Shown here piece by piece: positions 1-10,221 of a stretch of DNA of 64,000 bases. Under the pieces are notes generated by a model. The model was not told the DNA's origin. It did not search any database and saw nothing but the letters and a program-made list of their open reading frames with translations. The stretch is from Gammaproteobacteria bacterium. Its GTDB lineage: Bacteria; Pseudomonadota; Gammaproteobacteria; Eutrophobiales; Eutrophobiaceae. The first letter of the stretch is position 1, and each line of letters starts with the position of its first letter. The stretch is from assembly GCA_965229565.1 (NCBI GenBank), contig OZ245888.1, forward strand, positions 437,160 to 501,159, written 5' to 3'. The position numbers were made by a program, and so were the translations under genes.

Positions 1-937
1 CGATTGTGTCCTCAAAACGCCCGATTACCCATGAGCCCAGAAAGACCGTCATCAGGTTAATACCCAACCAGACAGCGCGACTGCGGGTACTGGACAGTAC
101 GGACGAAAACATATCATCCTCGCTACCGAGGCCGGCCATACTGCGCACGGTTTGGTCGGCAGCACTCTGAATGACATCAACCACGTCGTCGATGGTGATA
201 CGGCCGAGCAGGTGCCCCTCTTCATCGATCACGGCAGCAGAAACAAGGTCACGCTGTTCAAACAGCCTGGCAACTTCCGAGGTAGACACATCGGCCTTCA
301 GCGACGGTGTTTCTTCCAGCCATTCACCAACGGTTGTGCGTTCATCCCTGATCAGCACGTCTGTCAGGTGCAGGACACCGAGGTAATGGTTATCGCGGTC
401 GACAACCATAATGTTATCGGTATCTTCCGGTATTTCCCCCATGCGCCGTAAATAGCGTGCTACCACATCCAGCGTGACGTCGGCACGCACCGATGTCACA
501 TCCAGGTTCATCAGGCCGCCGGCAGTGTCTTCCGGGTAGGTCATAACCGAAGCCAGGCGGTGACGATGCTGTTCATCCATGGCCAGCAGGATAGATTCGG
601 CCACCGGTTCCGGCAGGTCCTGGAGGATATCGGCAACATCGTCGGTATCCAGGTCCTGGGTTGCCGTTGCCACCTCGTGTGGCAGCATCTGCTCCATGAG
701 TTCTGCACGCACTACGTCCTGGGTATGCGACAAGACGTCGCCCTCGATCTCGGAATCGATCATCTTCCAGACTTCGTAGCGCTGCTGCTTGGGCAGGCCT
801 TCGATAACGTCAGCTATTTCGGAGGGATGCAGGGAATCAACAACTGAACGGGCAAGAGACTCGTCCTGTTGATCAAGTGCCTCGTGAAGAGAATCAAGCG
901 CGGTTTTTTCTTGTTCCTGTTCTGTTGTTTCGCTCAT
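1..937 (-). CDS. mgtE: Magnesium transporter MgtE (3' end outside window)
   Basis: Not in the ORF track because it has no stop in the window. My translation from ATG at 937 gives MSETTEQEQ...LHPSEIAD...YPEDTAGGLM...LLGRITIDDVVDVI...RAVWLGINL, the MgtE N-domain, CBS and TM motifs. Confidence 0.93.
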   Translation of the reverse strand, partial: MSETTEQEQEKTALDSLHEALDQQDESLARSVVDSLHPSEIADVIEGLPKQQRYEVWKMIDSEIEGDVLSHTQDVVRAELMEQMLPHEVATATQDLDTDDVADILQDLPEPVAESILLAMDEQHRHRLASVMTYPEDTAGGLMNLDVTSVRADVTLDVVARYLRRMGEIPEDTDNIMVVDRDNHYLGVLHLTDVLIRDERTTVGEWLEETPSLKADVSTSEVARLFEQRDLVSAAVIDEEGHLLGRITIDDVVDVIQSAADQTVRSMAGLGSEDDMFSSVLSSTRSRAVWLGINLMTVFLGSWVIGRFEDTI

Positions 938-1053
938 GATAATTTTCTGCCCTGGACGAACAGCAGTCTATCAGTGTTGGCAATGAATACTAGCGACTGT
1001 TTATTGTTACACAGCCAGGCTTGTTTGGAACAGTAGCGCGTTTAAATGCAGCG

Positions 1054-2802
1054 TCAGTCGCTATCGGGGAAGAATTTCCTGAGCATGTCATGTACCTCGG
1101 CACCATTTTTCGCACGCAGGGCACTTTTCGCCACGCGCGTCGCTTCCTTGCTATCACTATCGATAATGATCTTTTTTATCTCCAGCAGGTTGGCCGGATG
1201 CACGCTGAATTCCCGTAGTCCCAGCCCGAGTAACAAGCGGGTGCAAACCGGATCACCGGCCATTTCACCGCACATGGCCACCGGGATTTTGGCTTTTTTA
1301 CCTGCTGTAATTGTCATTTCTATCAGTCTTAATACTGCCGGATGCAGTGGATCATAAAGATAATTGACCTCTTCGTTTACACGGTCTATGGCCATGGTGT
1401 ACTGGATCAGGTCGTTGGTCCCGATTGACAGGAAATCCAGCTGCCTGGCAAACGCATCGGCACACACGGCAGCAGCCGGCACCTCGATCATGCCGCCAAC
1501 CTGGAGTTCGTGGTCATAACCAATACCTTTTTCATCCAGATCGTTTTTGATCTTGTCCATCATCGACAATACCTGCTGCATCTCTTGGGTATTGGTTAGC
1601 ATCGGGATCATGATACGAACCGGTCCATGGGCCGAGGCCCGGATGATGGCGCGCAGCTGTGGCACGAACAAACCCGGTTCTTTCAGGCAAAGACGTACCG
1701 CCCTGAGACCCAGTGCCGGATTGGCGCGCTGGGCACCGTATTGCCTGCCAATGCCATCCACTTGCTTGTCACCGCCAAGGTCGAGCGTCCTGATCGTTAA
1801 GGGCAGCCCGCCCAGTGTATCCATGACATTGATATAGGTTTGATAATGTTCTTCCTCGTCAGGGGCCGAGTCCCTGTTCATGTAAAGAAACTCGGTACGA
1901 TAAAGCCCGACACCCCTGGCGCCAACGTGACGAACCGTTTCGAAATCGCTGGGCAGTTCGATATTGGCCTGCAGGTTTACCAGCACGCCATCACTGGTTT
2001 CGGTGTCTGTATTTTTTAACCTGCCTAATGAGGTGTAGTAGCGCTTGTCTTCTCGCTGTCTTTTCTCAAAATAGGTCTGCACATTGTCATCGGGGTCAGC
2101 AAGCAGAACGCCATTGGTACCATCAACAATGACCAGATCATCATTCTGGATGAAACGACGGGCATTATGTAAACCAACAATGGCGGGAATGCCGAGGCTG
2201 CGAGCCAGGATGGCTGTGTGCGAAGTTGGGCCGCCATATTCGGTTGCAAAGGCGATAATGCCATTATGCTGCATCATAACGGTGTCGGCCGGTGTTAAAT
2301 CCTCTGCCAGGATTACCTTGTCCTTGAGGTTGTCGTTCGCTGTTTCATGTACCAGCGGCTTTTGATTCAGTAACACGCGCAGGATACGGTTGACGACGTG
2401 ATCGACATCATCACGACGGGTACTAAGGTAGGCATCCGCCATTTCTTCAAAGACATTAACCAGCGCATCGCGCTGTAACTTGAGTGCCCATTCGGCGTTG
2501 CATTGACGCTCCTTTATGATTCGCTTTGGTTCCTCGGTCAGGGCGACGTCTTCCAGCATCAACAGATGCGTATCGATAAAGGCAGAAATATCAACCGATG
2601 TTGATACCGGGATATGATCACGAACAGCCCTTAATTGCTGACGCGCATCAGCTATCGCGTCATTCAGTCTACTTATCTCTTCCTCAATGCGTGTTTTACG
2701 AATATTGTATTCACGCACCTCCAGCTGATCGCTTTGTAGAATATGCACATGACCAATGGCGATACCGCGGGAGACACTAACGCCTTGTAAGGAAAATGTC
2801 AT
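1054..2802 (-). CDS. ptsI: PEP-protein phosphotransferase (PTS enzyme I, no GAF domain)
   Basis: GGPTSHTAILAR phospho-His motif, GVGLYRTEF, NPALGLRAVR, SIGTNDLIQY, MCGEMAGD; 582 aa. Confidence 0.95.
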   Translation of the reverse strand: MTFSLQGVSVSRGIAIGHVHILQSDQLEVREYNIRKTRIEEEISRLNDAIADARQQLRAVRDHIPVSTSVDISAFIDTHLLMLEDVALTEEPKRIIKERQCNAEWALKLQRDALVNVFEEMADAYLSTRRDDVDHVVNRILRVLLNQKPLVHETANDNLKDKVILAEDLTPADTVMMQHNGIIAFATEYGGPTSHTAILARSLGIPAIVGLHNARRFIQNDDLVIVDGTNGVLLADPDDNVQTYFEKRQREDKRYYTSLGRLKNTDTETSDGVLVNLQANIELPSDFETVRHVGARGVGLYRTEFLYMNRDSAPDEEEHYQTYINVMDTLGGLPLTIRTLDLGGDKQVDGIGRQYGAQRANPALGLRAVRLCLKEPGLFVPQLRAIIRASAHGPVRIMIPMLTNTQEMQQVLSMMDKIKNDLDEKGIGYDHELQVGGMIEVPAAAVCADAFARQLDFLSIGTNDLIQYTMAIDRVNEEVNYLYDPLHPAVLRLIEMTITAGKKAKIPVAMCGEMAGDPVCTRLLLGLGLREFSVHPANLLEIKKIIIDSDSKEATRVAKSALRAKNGAEVHDMLRKFFPDSD

Positions 2803-3068
2803 TCGTCTTCACCAAAACGATTTTCGATTAACTCTGTCAGTGCGTTCATCGCTTCTTTCTCATCCTTGCCTATGGTGGTAATACTAATCTCCTTACCCTT
2901 TCCTGCTGCCAGCATCATGATGCCCATGATGCTTTTGCCGCTTACCTCGCGATTGCTACTGGTAACGGTAATTTCTGACTGGAATGCAGATGCCGTTTGC
3001 ACAAACTTGGCAGCTGCACGCGCATGTAACCCCAGCTTGTTAATAATTATTATTGTTTTTGCCTGCAT
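2799..3068 (-). CDS. ptsH: HPr-family phosphocarrier protein
   Basis: GLHARAA (His15) and GKSIMG (Ser46) motifs; 89 aa. Confidence 0.93.
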   Translation of the reverse strand: MQAKTIIIINKLGLHARAAAKFVQTASAFQSEITVTSSNREVSGKSIMGIMMLAAGKGKEISITTIGKDEKEAMNALTELIENRFGEDE

Positions 3069-3075
3069 GTATTGT

Positions 3076-3465
3076 TTATCCCCTGTCTATGCTAACCCCG
3101 TCTATTGCTCCGCTGTAAGCCTTATCGGCCAGTTGCTGTAAATCCAGTTCCGGGTAGTTTAATACGCGGATCATCATTGAAAGGTTAAGGCCAGTCACAA
3201 TATTGACCCTGGCGTGTTCAAACAACTTACGGGCAATATTGCTTGGCGTCGAGCCAATCAGGTCCGTTAACACAAGTATCCCATCACCAGAATCAAGCTC
3301 TTTCAATAAACTGATCGCTGTTTCAAGTAATTCATCGGGATCACTTTCACGACTGGCAGACAATAATTTTATCTCCAGTGGACTGTCCTTGATCATAAAA
3401 TTTGCAGTACCGTAAACCGAGGCACCAATACCATTATGTGAAATTATTAAAATACCAACACTCAT
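3076..3465 (-). CDS. PTS mannose/fructose-type EIIA component
   Basis: GILIISHNG and DGILVLTDLIGSTPSN...GLNLSM motifs; lies between rapZ and HPr. Confidence 0.9.
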   Translation of the reverse strand: MSVGILIISHNGIGASVYGTANFMIKDSPLEIKLLSASRESDPDELLETAISLLKELDSGDGILVLTDLIGSTPSNIARKLFEHARVNIVTGLNLSMMIRVLNYPELDLQQLADKAYSGAIDGVSIDRG

Positions 3466-3468
3466 TCG

Positions 3469-4338
3469 CTAAACATCCCTATGTCTGATAATGACCTGTT
3501 TATCTAATTCTTTCAGTTTGGCTGCTAGCTGTTCAGCAAGATAAACAGAACGATGGTGGCCCCCGGTACAACCAAGAGCAATGCTGAGATAACTACGATT
3601 TTCTTCTTCAAACCTTGGTATCCAGTAATAAAAAAATGCGGCCAGGTCTTGCAGCATCTTGCCAACGCTCTCCTGTTGTGACAGAAAGTCGATGACCGGC
3701 TTGTCCTTGCCGGAAAAAGGGCGTAGTTCCTTCTCCCAGTGTGGATTGGGCAAGCAGCGCAGATCAAACACGAAGTCAGCATCGGTTGGTGTACCGTGCT
3801 TGAAACCAAATGACATGATCTGCAGCGACATAGTGCGTACCTCCTGGCGTGCCAGCCTGTCCCTGACAACATCACGTAGCTCATGCAGCAGCATACGACT
3901 GGTATCGATCCTGAAATCAGCGGAATCGGAGAATGTGGTCATGATTTCCCGTTCGCGCTTGATGGCATCATCAAGTGACCGGGAGTTGGTCGTCAGCGGG
4001 TGTTTACGCCGGGTCTCACTGTAGCGCTTGGTCAGGACATCATTGCTCGCGTCCATGAACACCAGTTCAATATCAACGCTGTGCTTGTTGTACTTTCTGA
4101 TGATATCGCCAAGTCCTGACAAATCATCGAGGCTGTTGCGCGCATCGATTCCGACGGCCACCTTTTTTGGAAGCTTGCTGTCATGATCAGAGATTTGTTC
4201 CAGAAAAGTATGTAACAAGCTGATAGGCAGATTATCAACAGTGTAAAAAGATAGATCTTCAAGCGTATGCAGCACGATAGTCTTACCAGCCCCGGACAGG
4301 CCGGTCACAATGATAAGGCGTCTGGCGCTGTCATTCAT
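3469..4338 (-). CDS. rapZ: RNase adapter RapZ
   Basis: IVTGLSGAGKT, DNLP, SFGFKHG, DLRCLPNPHW, GCTGGHHRSV. Start moved to ATG 4338 to avoid overlapping hprK. Confidence 0.95.
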   Translation of the reverse strand: MNDSARRLIIVTGLSGAGKTIVLHTLEDLSFYTVDNLPISLLHTFLEQISDHDSKLPKKVAVGIDARNSLDDLSGLGDIIRKYNKHSVDIELVFMDASNDVLTKRYSETRRKHPLTTNSRSLDDAIKREREIMTTFSDSADFRIDTSRMLLHELRDVVRDRLARQEVRTMSLQIMSFGFKHGTPTDADFVFDLRCLPNPHWEKELRPFSGKDKPVIDFLSQQESVGKMLQDLAAFFYYWIPRFEEENRSYLSIALGCTGGHHRSVYLAEQLAAKLKELDKQVIIRHRDV

Positions 4339-4342
4339 GGCA

Positions 4343-5365
4343 CTAATCGCCAGCGTCAATAAGGCTTTGTTGACGTTTGGCAAACACCTCGGATGCGTTA
4401 TATCCGCCCTCGCGCAGGATATGATTACGTGCAGCACATTCCATCATGATGGCCAGGTTTCTGCCGGGCGCCACTGGCAAGGTGATTTCCGCGACCTCCA
4501 GTTCGAGCACATTGCGCGTACTGTAACTGCCCTCAAGTCGATCCAGCGCAAGCAGGTTATTCTTGTCCATTGGTTGCAGGTTTACGATTAGGCGCAGGTA
4601 CTTGTTCTTTTTTATTGCGCTATCACCAAAGAGCTCACGTACATTGATAATGCCCAACCCCCTCACCTCGAGGAAATCCTGTAATGTTTGCGGACAGGTG
4701 CCGTTAATAATATCCGGTGCCACCTTGGAGAACAGCGGTGCATCGTCTGCAATCAATCTATGTCCACGGGAAATCAGTTCAAGAGCAAGCTCGCTTTTGC
4801 CAATTCCGCTGGGCCCGGTAATTAATACGCCAATTGCCATTACTTCCATGTACACGCCATGCAGGGTCAGCATATCGGCGAACAGGTTGGTCAGGAAATA
4901 GTGCAACACGTCTGATAACTTGTCGCTATTCATGGGCGAGGTAAATAAAGGGATACTATGCTCGTTACTTTTTCGCTTTAGTAATGTAGGCGGTTCCAGA
5001 CCGTCAGCAACTATTACGCACGATGGTTTGCTTTTATAAAGCTGTATGACCGCATCCTGCATGGAGATATTGCGCAGGCTTTCCAGGTAACGTACCTCAA
5101 CTTCCCCTATGATCTGGATTTGATGAGGGTGTATCAGGTTGAGGTGCCCGACCAGGGACAGGCTTTTCGGTTCGCGTCCGGATGTACGTCGCTTCTTTGT
5201 GCCGGTTTTTTTCTTGCCACGGCTTTTACTGGATGTAGCCGGTTCTTCTTCACGCATGATGGCGTGCCTGGCACCCTGTTGTCCGGCAATCCATTCCAGA
5301 TCGAGCTTGTCTTTATGTATATTATAAAGGTCCTCGATACTTAACTGGTTGGTTATGCCGACCAT
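4343..5365 (-). CDS. hprK: HPr(Ser) kinase/phosphorylase
   Basis: LHGVYM, GPSGIGKSELALELISRGHRLIADD, LEVRGLGII, PVAPGRN. Confidence 0.95.
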   Translation of the reverse strand: MVGITNQLSIEDLYNIHKDKLDLEWIAGQQGARHAIMREEEPATSSKSRGKKKTGTKKRRTSGREPKSLSLVGHLNLIHPHQIQIIGEVEVRYLESLRNISMQDAVIQLYKSKPSCVIVADGLEPPTLLKRKSNEHSIPLFTSPMNSDKLSDVLHYFLTNLFADMLTLHGVYMEVMAIGVLITGPSGIGKSELALELISRGHRLIADDAPLFSKVAPDIINGTCPQTLQDFLEVRGLGIINVRELFGDSAIKKNKYLRLIVNLQPMDKNNLLALDRLEGSYSTRNVLELEVAEITLPVAPGRNLAIMMECAARNHILREGGYNASEVFAKRQQSLIDAGD

Positions 5366-5368
5366 GGT

Positions 5369-5815
5369 CTATTCCGTCAGGATAGAATATAACTCTTCCG
5401 GTGTAGTTGCCTTCCTGAGGTTCGTCACGACCGAGTCCTGGCTGAACATTTCTGCCAGTTTGGCCAGGATTTGTAAATGTTCATCAGTTGCTTCCTCTGG
5501 CACTATCAGGGCAAACAACAGGTCAACCGGTTGCTTGTCACTTGCATCATAGTCCACTGCATTTTGCAGGCGCAGGAATGCTGCCAGTGTTTTCTTGCCC
5601 TGCTGCAAGCGACCGTGAGGAATAGCGATACCCTTGCCAAGCCCGGTACTGCCGAGCCGCTCCCTTGCCAGCAGGCAATCGTATACCTCGGATTGGGAGG
5701 TTGCGCTATCCGAATCGGCAATGGTTTTCGCCAACCTGTCCAGGGCATCTTTCTTGCTATGACAGTCAGTGTCGCGAATGACACAGTTCAGGGACAGAAA
5801 ATCTGAAATTTCCAT
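5369..5815 (-). CDS. ptsN: PTS EIIA-Ntr nitrogen regulatory protein
   Basis: RERLGSTGLGKGIAIPHGR motif; downstream of rpoN-hpf. Confidence 0.93.
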   Translation of the reverse strand: MEISDFLSLNCVIRDTDCHSKKDALDRLAKTIADSDSATSQSEVYDCLLARERLGSTGLGKGIAIPHGRLQQGKKTLAAFLRLQNAVDYDASDKQPVDLLFALIVPEEATDEHLQILAKLAEMFSQDSVVTNLRKATTPEELYSILTE

Positions 5816-5845
5816 ACAAACCTTACTACTTAAATTAAAAAAAAA

Positions 5846-6172
5846 TTATTCTGCTTCTTGATCGCGATGACGACCCTCGCTGCGGTGATGGTCAGTTAAC
5901 TTTTCCTTGTGCTTTTTAAGCTGTCGGTCGAGTTTATCTACCAGGCCATCGATAGCCGCATACATGTCTTCCTGTTCATCATCTGCAAACAGGTTGCCTC
6001 GATTAACATGTACCGTAGCTTCAGCTTTTTGTCGTTCTTTTTCAACTGTCAGAATGACATGAATATTGGTGATATGCTCAAAATGCCTTTCCAGGCGGGC
6101 AAACTTACTATCTACATACGATTTCAGTGAGTCTGTAATTTCCACATGGTGACCGGTAACACTGATTTGCAT
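5846..6172 (-). CDS. hpf: Ribosome hibernation promoting factor
   Basis: MQISVTGHHVEIT...DMYAAIDGLVDKLDRQL; canonical position after rpoN. Confidence 0.93.
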   Translation of the reverse strand: MQISVTGHHVEITDSLKSYVDSKFARLERHFEHITNIHVILTVEKERQKAEATVHVNRGNLFADDEQEDMYAAIDGLVDKLDRQLKKHKEKLTDHHRSEGRHRDQEAE

Positions 6173-6205
6173 AGTCCACTCCTTGCAGTATTTTCATTGT
6201 AATTT

Positions 6206-7693
6206 TCAAGACAGGCGCTTTCTTTCATTGGATGGGGGTATAGACATCGCCTCGCGATACTTGGCTACAGTGCGCCGGGCCACGTTAATGCCCTGTTCAT
6301 CCAGTATCGCGGCAATCTTGCTATCACTTAAAGGTTTATTGGGTGTTTCTGCACTGATTAATTTTTTTATCAGTGCCCTGATCGCGGTTGACGATGCAGC
6401 ACCGCCATAATTGGTACTGACGTGGCTGGAGAAAAAATATTTAAGCTCAAAGATACCGCGAGGCGTGTGCATGTACTTCCTGGTTGTAACACGTGATATT
6501 GTTGATTCATGCATACCCAGTGCCTCGGCAACATCATGCAAAACCAGTGGTTTCATTGCTTCTTCACCGTATTCCAGGAATGCGCGCTGGCGTTCCACAA
6601 TGCAGGTAGTTACACGCAACAAGGTCTCGCTCCGGCTTCTCAGGCTTTTGATAAACCAGCGTGCCTCCTGCAGGTGGGACTTTAACGACGCATTATCAGC
6701 GCTGTTGTCAGCACGCTTGATCATGTTTGCATAAGTCGAATTAATACGCAGGCTGGGCATGGCCTCGGTATTCAACTCAACCTTCCAGACACCTTTATGC
6801 TTGCGCACATAGACATCCGGGATCACGTACTCGGTTCGGGTTTCACTCACCGAGCCGCCCGGACGCGGATTCATCGACTGAATCAGGTTGACCACTTCAG
6901 TCAGCCCTTCCCGGTCAAGCTTCATCTTGCGCATCAACTGGTTGTAGTCATGTGCAGCCAGCAGGTCCAGGTAATTATCAACCAGCATTTGCGCCTCGGC
7001 CAGGCACGGCGTTTCAGGGTCACAGTGTCGAAGCTGGATACTCAGGCATTCCTTGATGTCCCTGGAACCCACACCAGGCGGGTCCATGGTCTGTATCATG
7101 TGCAATACCGCCTGCACTTCCTCGATACCAATGTCATCTTCATCCGCGTCATCCTTGTCCTTCACGGACGACAGGATGTCTTCAAGGGAATCTGTCAGGT
7201 AGCCATCGTCGTCCAGCGAGTCGATGATGGCCATCGCAATTATCTTGTCGGTATCGGATGTGGGAGTCAGGTTTAACTGCCACGCCAGGTGATCGCGCAA
7301 TGTCTTCTCACTGGTATCCTGGTTTTCGAAACCATCATAACCGGCAGAATCGCTGCTGGCCTTGCGGTAACTGACACTACCGTCATATACGTCATCCCAG
7401 GCACTGTCGACCGGAAGGTCATCGGGCATGGTTTCACGTTCCATGGAATTATCTGATGAGGCATCTTCCTGGCTTTCCTTGGCCTGTTGCGACATTTCCT
7501 GGGGAGCTTCGCCATTAGCTCGCTCGCGCTCGGCTTCGTTTTCCTCCATTTCCAGCATCATGTTGGATTCCAGTGCATCCTGGATCTCGGCCTGCAACTC
7601 AACGCTGGACAACTGCAACAGCCGTATCGCCTGCTGCAACTGCGGCGTCATGGTCAGGCTTTGTCCAATCTTGAGTTGTAATGAAGGTTTCAT
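6206..7693 (-). CDS. rpoN: RNA polymerase sigma-54 factor
   Basis: TPQLQQAIRLLQLS, HESTISR HTH and the RpoN box ARRTVAKYRE. Confidence 0.98.
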   Translation of the reverse strand: MKPSLQLKIGQSLTMTPQLQQAIRLLQLSSVELQAEIQDALESNMMLEMEENEAERERANGEAPQEMSQQAKESQEDASSDNSMERETMPDDLPVDSAWDDVYDGSVSYRKASSDSAGYDGFENQDTSEKTLRDHLAWQLNLTPTSDTDKIIAMAIIDSLDDDGYLTDSLEDILSSVKDKDDADEDDIGIEEVQAVLHMIQTMDPPGVGSRDIKECLSIQLRHCDPETPCLAEAQMLVDNYLDLLAAHDYNQLMRKMKLDREGLTEVVNLIQSMNPRPGGSVSETRTEYVIPDVYVRKHKGVWKVELNTEAMPSLRINSTYANMIKRADNSADNASLKSHLQEARWFIKSLRSRSETLLRVTTCIVERQRAFLEYGEEAMKPLVLHDVAEALGMHESTISRVTTRKYMHTPRGIFELKYFFSSHVSTNYGGAASSTAIRALIKKLISAETPNKPLSDSKIAAILDEQGINVARRTVAKYREAMSIPPSNERKRLS

Positions 7694-7747
7694 ATATACA
7701 AGTTTAACTTAAATTTCATTCATTTGAATAAAACTGTTTAGAGTGAA

Positions 7748-8473
7748 TCAAATCTGAAACTGGTCACCAAGATACACTTCCCGTACCTGTGAATTGCTCA
7801 GTATTTGCTCCGGTGAGCCTTCTGCAAGGATACGTCCCTCACTGACTATGTAGGCACGGTCACAGGTGCCCAGTGTTTCCCTGACGTTATGATCGGTTAT
7901 GAGAATTCCGATGCCGTGTTCAGAAAGCCGATGAATTAAATGCTGAATATCATTGATTGAAATCGGATCGATACCGGCAAAAGGTTCATCCAGCAGTAAA
8001 AAGCGGGGCTCCGAGGCAAGTGCTCGCGCAATCTCAAGCCGCCGACGTTCGCCGCCGGACAGGCTCATGCCCAGGTTGTCGCGCAGGTGGGTAATATGAA
8101 ACTCCTGAAGCAGGTATTCCAGTCGCTGCTCGGCCTCTTCCGGCTGATCCGGCAGACGCATCTCCAGGATGGCCATGATATTTTCTGCGACAGTGAGCTT
8201 TTTGAAAACCGATGCCTCCTGCGGCAGGTAGCCGAGGCCAAGGTGCGAACGTTGATCCATGCTCAGGCTACTGATCTCACGGTCGTCGATATAAATCTCG
8301 CCAGCATCTGACTGCACCAGTCCCACAATCATATAGAAACTGGTCGTCTTTCCGGCACCATTGGGACCTAGCAGGCCAACTACTTCCCCACTGGTCACGT
8401 TTACGCTGACATCGGTAACGACTTTCCTGGAGCGATAGCTCTTGGATAATTGGCGTGCGGACAAGGTACTCAT
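7748..8473 (-). CDS. lptB: LPS export ABC transporter ATP-binding protein
   Basis: [48 protein letters not shown]. Probable start ATG 8473. Confidence 0.96.
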   Translation of the reverse strand: MSTLSARQLSKSYRSRKVVTDVSVNVTSGEVVGLLGPNGAGKTTSFYMIVGLVQSDAGEIYIDDREISSLSMDQRSHLGLGYLPQEASVFKKLTVAENIMAILEMRLPDQPEEAEQRLEYLLQEFHITHLRDNLGMSLSGGERRRLEIARALASEPRFLLLDEPFAGIDPISINDIQHLIHRLSEHGIGILITDHNVRETLGTCDRAYIVSEGRILAEGSPEQILSNSQVREVYLGDQFQI

Positions 8474-8550
8474 AGCATTCGTCTGTGGTTCAACCCGCGC
8501 AGGCAACGCTTGACCAGTTCATCCGGCTAAGGGTAAAGCGAATCGGGTTG

Positions 8551-9084
8551 TTACTCTTCCTCTTTCTTTTTCTTGATAATTAATTTGACGCGTTCGCCTT
8601 CCTTCGGTTTTGCATCCTTGTCATCTATTGTTGTTGTGGTTCTGCTTTGGGCCTTTGCCTGGTTAGTTATCGTGTCATATTCAATACGGTCACCGCTGAG
8701 TCGCATCCCCTCCTGCGTCACCAGTGCCTCATCAATAAGAATCACATAATCCTTTAGTGCATAATACTCCATACGTAGCGACTCGGCTTCGTCATATACT
8801 TCACTGTCGTCAGGCAACTGCCTGTAGGTTGCAGGCTTGCCTTCCATGACGACCAGTTCCATATCATCATTATCATCAAAATAAACGGTCATGATATCTC
8901 CCGTCATGCGTATGCTCCCCTGCACGACAATCACATCACCGCGATAGATCGATATCCCTTTTACATCATCCATCTCGGCGCTATCGGCTTCAATCTCTAT
9001 ATCCTGTTGTTTGTCAGTAGACAGTGCCAGTGAAATTTGACTGAAACACAATAACGATAAGACAAGCAGTAATTTATTCTGCAT
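8551..9084 (-). CDS. lptA: LPS transport periplasmic protein LptA
   Basis: Signal peptide then ALSTDKQQDIEIEAD...YRGDVIVVQGS; between lptC and lptB. Start placed at ATG 9084. Confidence 0.9.
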   Translation of the reverse strand: MQNKLLLVLSLLCFSQISLALSTDKQQDIEIEADSAEMDDVKGISIYRGDVIVVQGSIRMTGDIMTVYFDDNDDMELVVMEGKPATYRQLPDDSEVYDEAESLRMEYYALKDYVILIDEALVTQEGMRLSGDRIEYDTITNQAKAQSRTTTTIDDKDAKPKEGERVKLIIKKKKEEE

Positions 9085-9649
9085 TTTTTGGCTCGATAGT
9101 AGTGTGTACATTGCTAAGAAACTCAAGTCGTTGTTCTGCCATGTAGGCTCGCATCCCTACCGAATTGGTAACCATGCGTTTTCTAATCAGTGTCGCCGAA
9201 TTATCCGTCTCGGCATAGTCTTCCTTAACCAGTACCCTGGCGTCGTCAGCAATAACTTCCAGTTCAAGATTGCCTGCCGCGTCATTCTGATGCAGGTACA
9301 CGTTCCCGGATAACAGGATCACTTCATTATTGGACGTGACCCAGCCCTTATCAGAACGTACATTGATAGGTGGCTTGGATTCCTGGAATATTTCCATTCG
9401 TGGCTGGTGTAACTCGGTCGTATCATCGTCCGGATAGTGGGCCATGTATTCAGCAGTAATCCGGTTTTTAGGCAAGCCATCCAGGTTCATTGTCAGTGTG
9501 GTAAAATTTTCCATGTAGTAGTCAGGATACTGTGCCAGGTCCCGCAGCGCGACCTCTTCTTCCTCGGTGATTGAGCGAAGTACCCAGTAACTTACTCCGG
9601 CTGCAATCGCCAGTATCACTGCCAGTCTACGCCTGTTTAAAAACATCAT
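9074..9649 (-). CDS. lptC: LPS export protein LptC
   Basis: N-terminal TM helix, PDYYMENF...HYPDDDTTEL; kdsC-lptC-lptA synteny. Confidence 0.9.
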   Translation of the reverse strand: MMFLNRRRLAVILAIAAGVSYWVLRSITEEEEVALRDLAQYPDYYMENFTTLTMNLDGLPKNRITAEYMAHYPDDDTTELHQPRMEIFQESKPPINVRSDKGWVTSNNEVILLSGNVYLHQNDAAGNLELEVIADDARVLVKEDYAETDNSATLIRKRMVTNSVGMRAYMAEQRLEFLSNVHTTIEPKNAE

Positions 9650-9675
9650 ATTCGCCAGTCATCTCGGCGAGCAAA

Positions 9676-10221
9676 TTACTCTGTCACCAGGTACGACTGC
9701 ATTTTCGTGTCAAAACTTCCCTGTGCCCGCATGATCGTTTCACATACTTCTCGCACCGCACCCTGGCCGCCACGGTTTTCTGTTACCCAGTGTGCATGTT
9801 CTCGCACGAAAGGATGCGCATCGTTGACCGCGATGGCCAAACCAACACGACCCATGGCCGGCAGATCGATAACATCATCACCAACATAAGCCACCATGTC
9901 GGGAGTCAAAGACAGTTCCTCAAGCAGACTCAGCAGTCGCGCACCCTTGTCTTTTTCACCCTGGTATACATATTTGATACCCAGCTGTGCCATTCGTTCA
10001 GCGACGATATTCGAGGTTCGCGCAGTAATGACCGCGATCTGGCATCCGCTCTCCAGCAGCATAACCAGACCATGGCCGTCACGAACATGAAAACACTTGT
10101 ACTCGTTGCCACTCTCGCCAAGTATTAACTGGCCGTTGGTTAATACACCATCGACATCAAACACGGCCAGCTTAATGCTGGCTGCCTTCTGCATGTAAGC
10201 ATCATGATCCAGTTGGCTCAT
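9676..10221 (-). CDS. kdsC: KDO 8-phosphate phosphatase
   Basis: HAD motifs FDVDGVLT and YVGDDVIDL; GGQGAVREVC. Confidence 0.95.
   Translation of the reverse strand: MSQLDHDAYMQKAASIKLAVFDVDGVLTNGQLILGESGNEYKCFHVRDGHGLVMLLESGCQIAVITARTSNIVAERMAQLGIKYVYQGEKDKGARLLSLLEELSLTPDMVAYVGDDVIDLPAMGRVGLAIAVNDAHPFVREHAHWVTENRGGQGAVREVCETIMRAQGSFDTKMQSYLVTE

Noticed and set aside
997-1014. LexA-box-like CTGT...ACAG upstream of mgtE (similar motif near 26125-26137 before ruvB)
   Set aside because: The spacers are 10 and 3 nt instead of the required 8.
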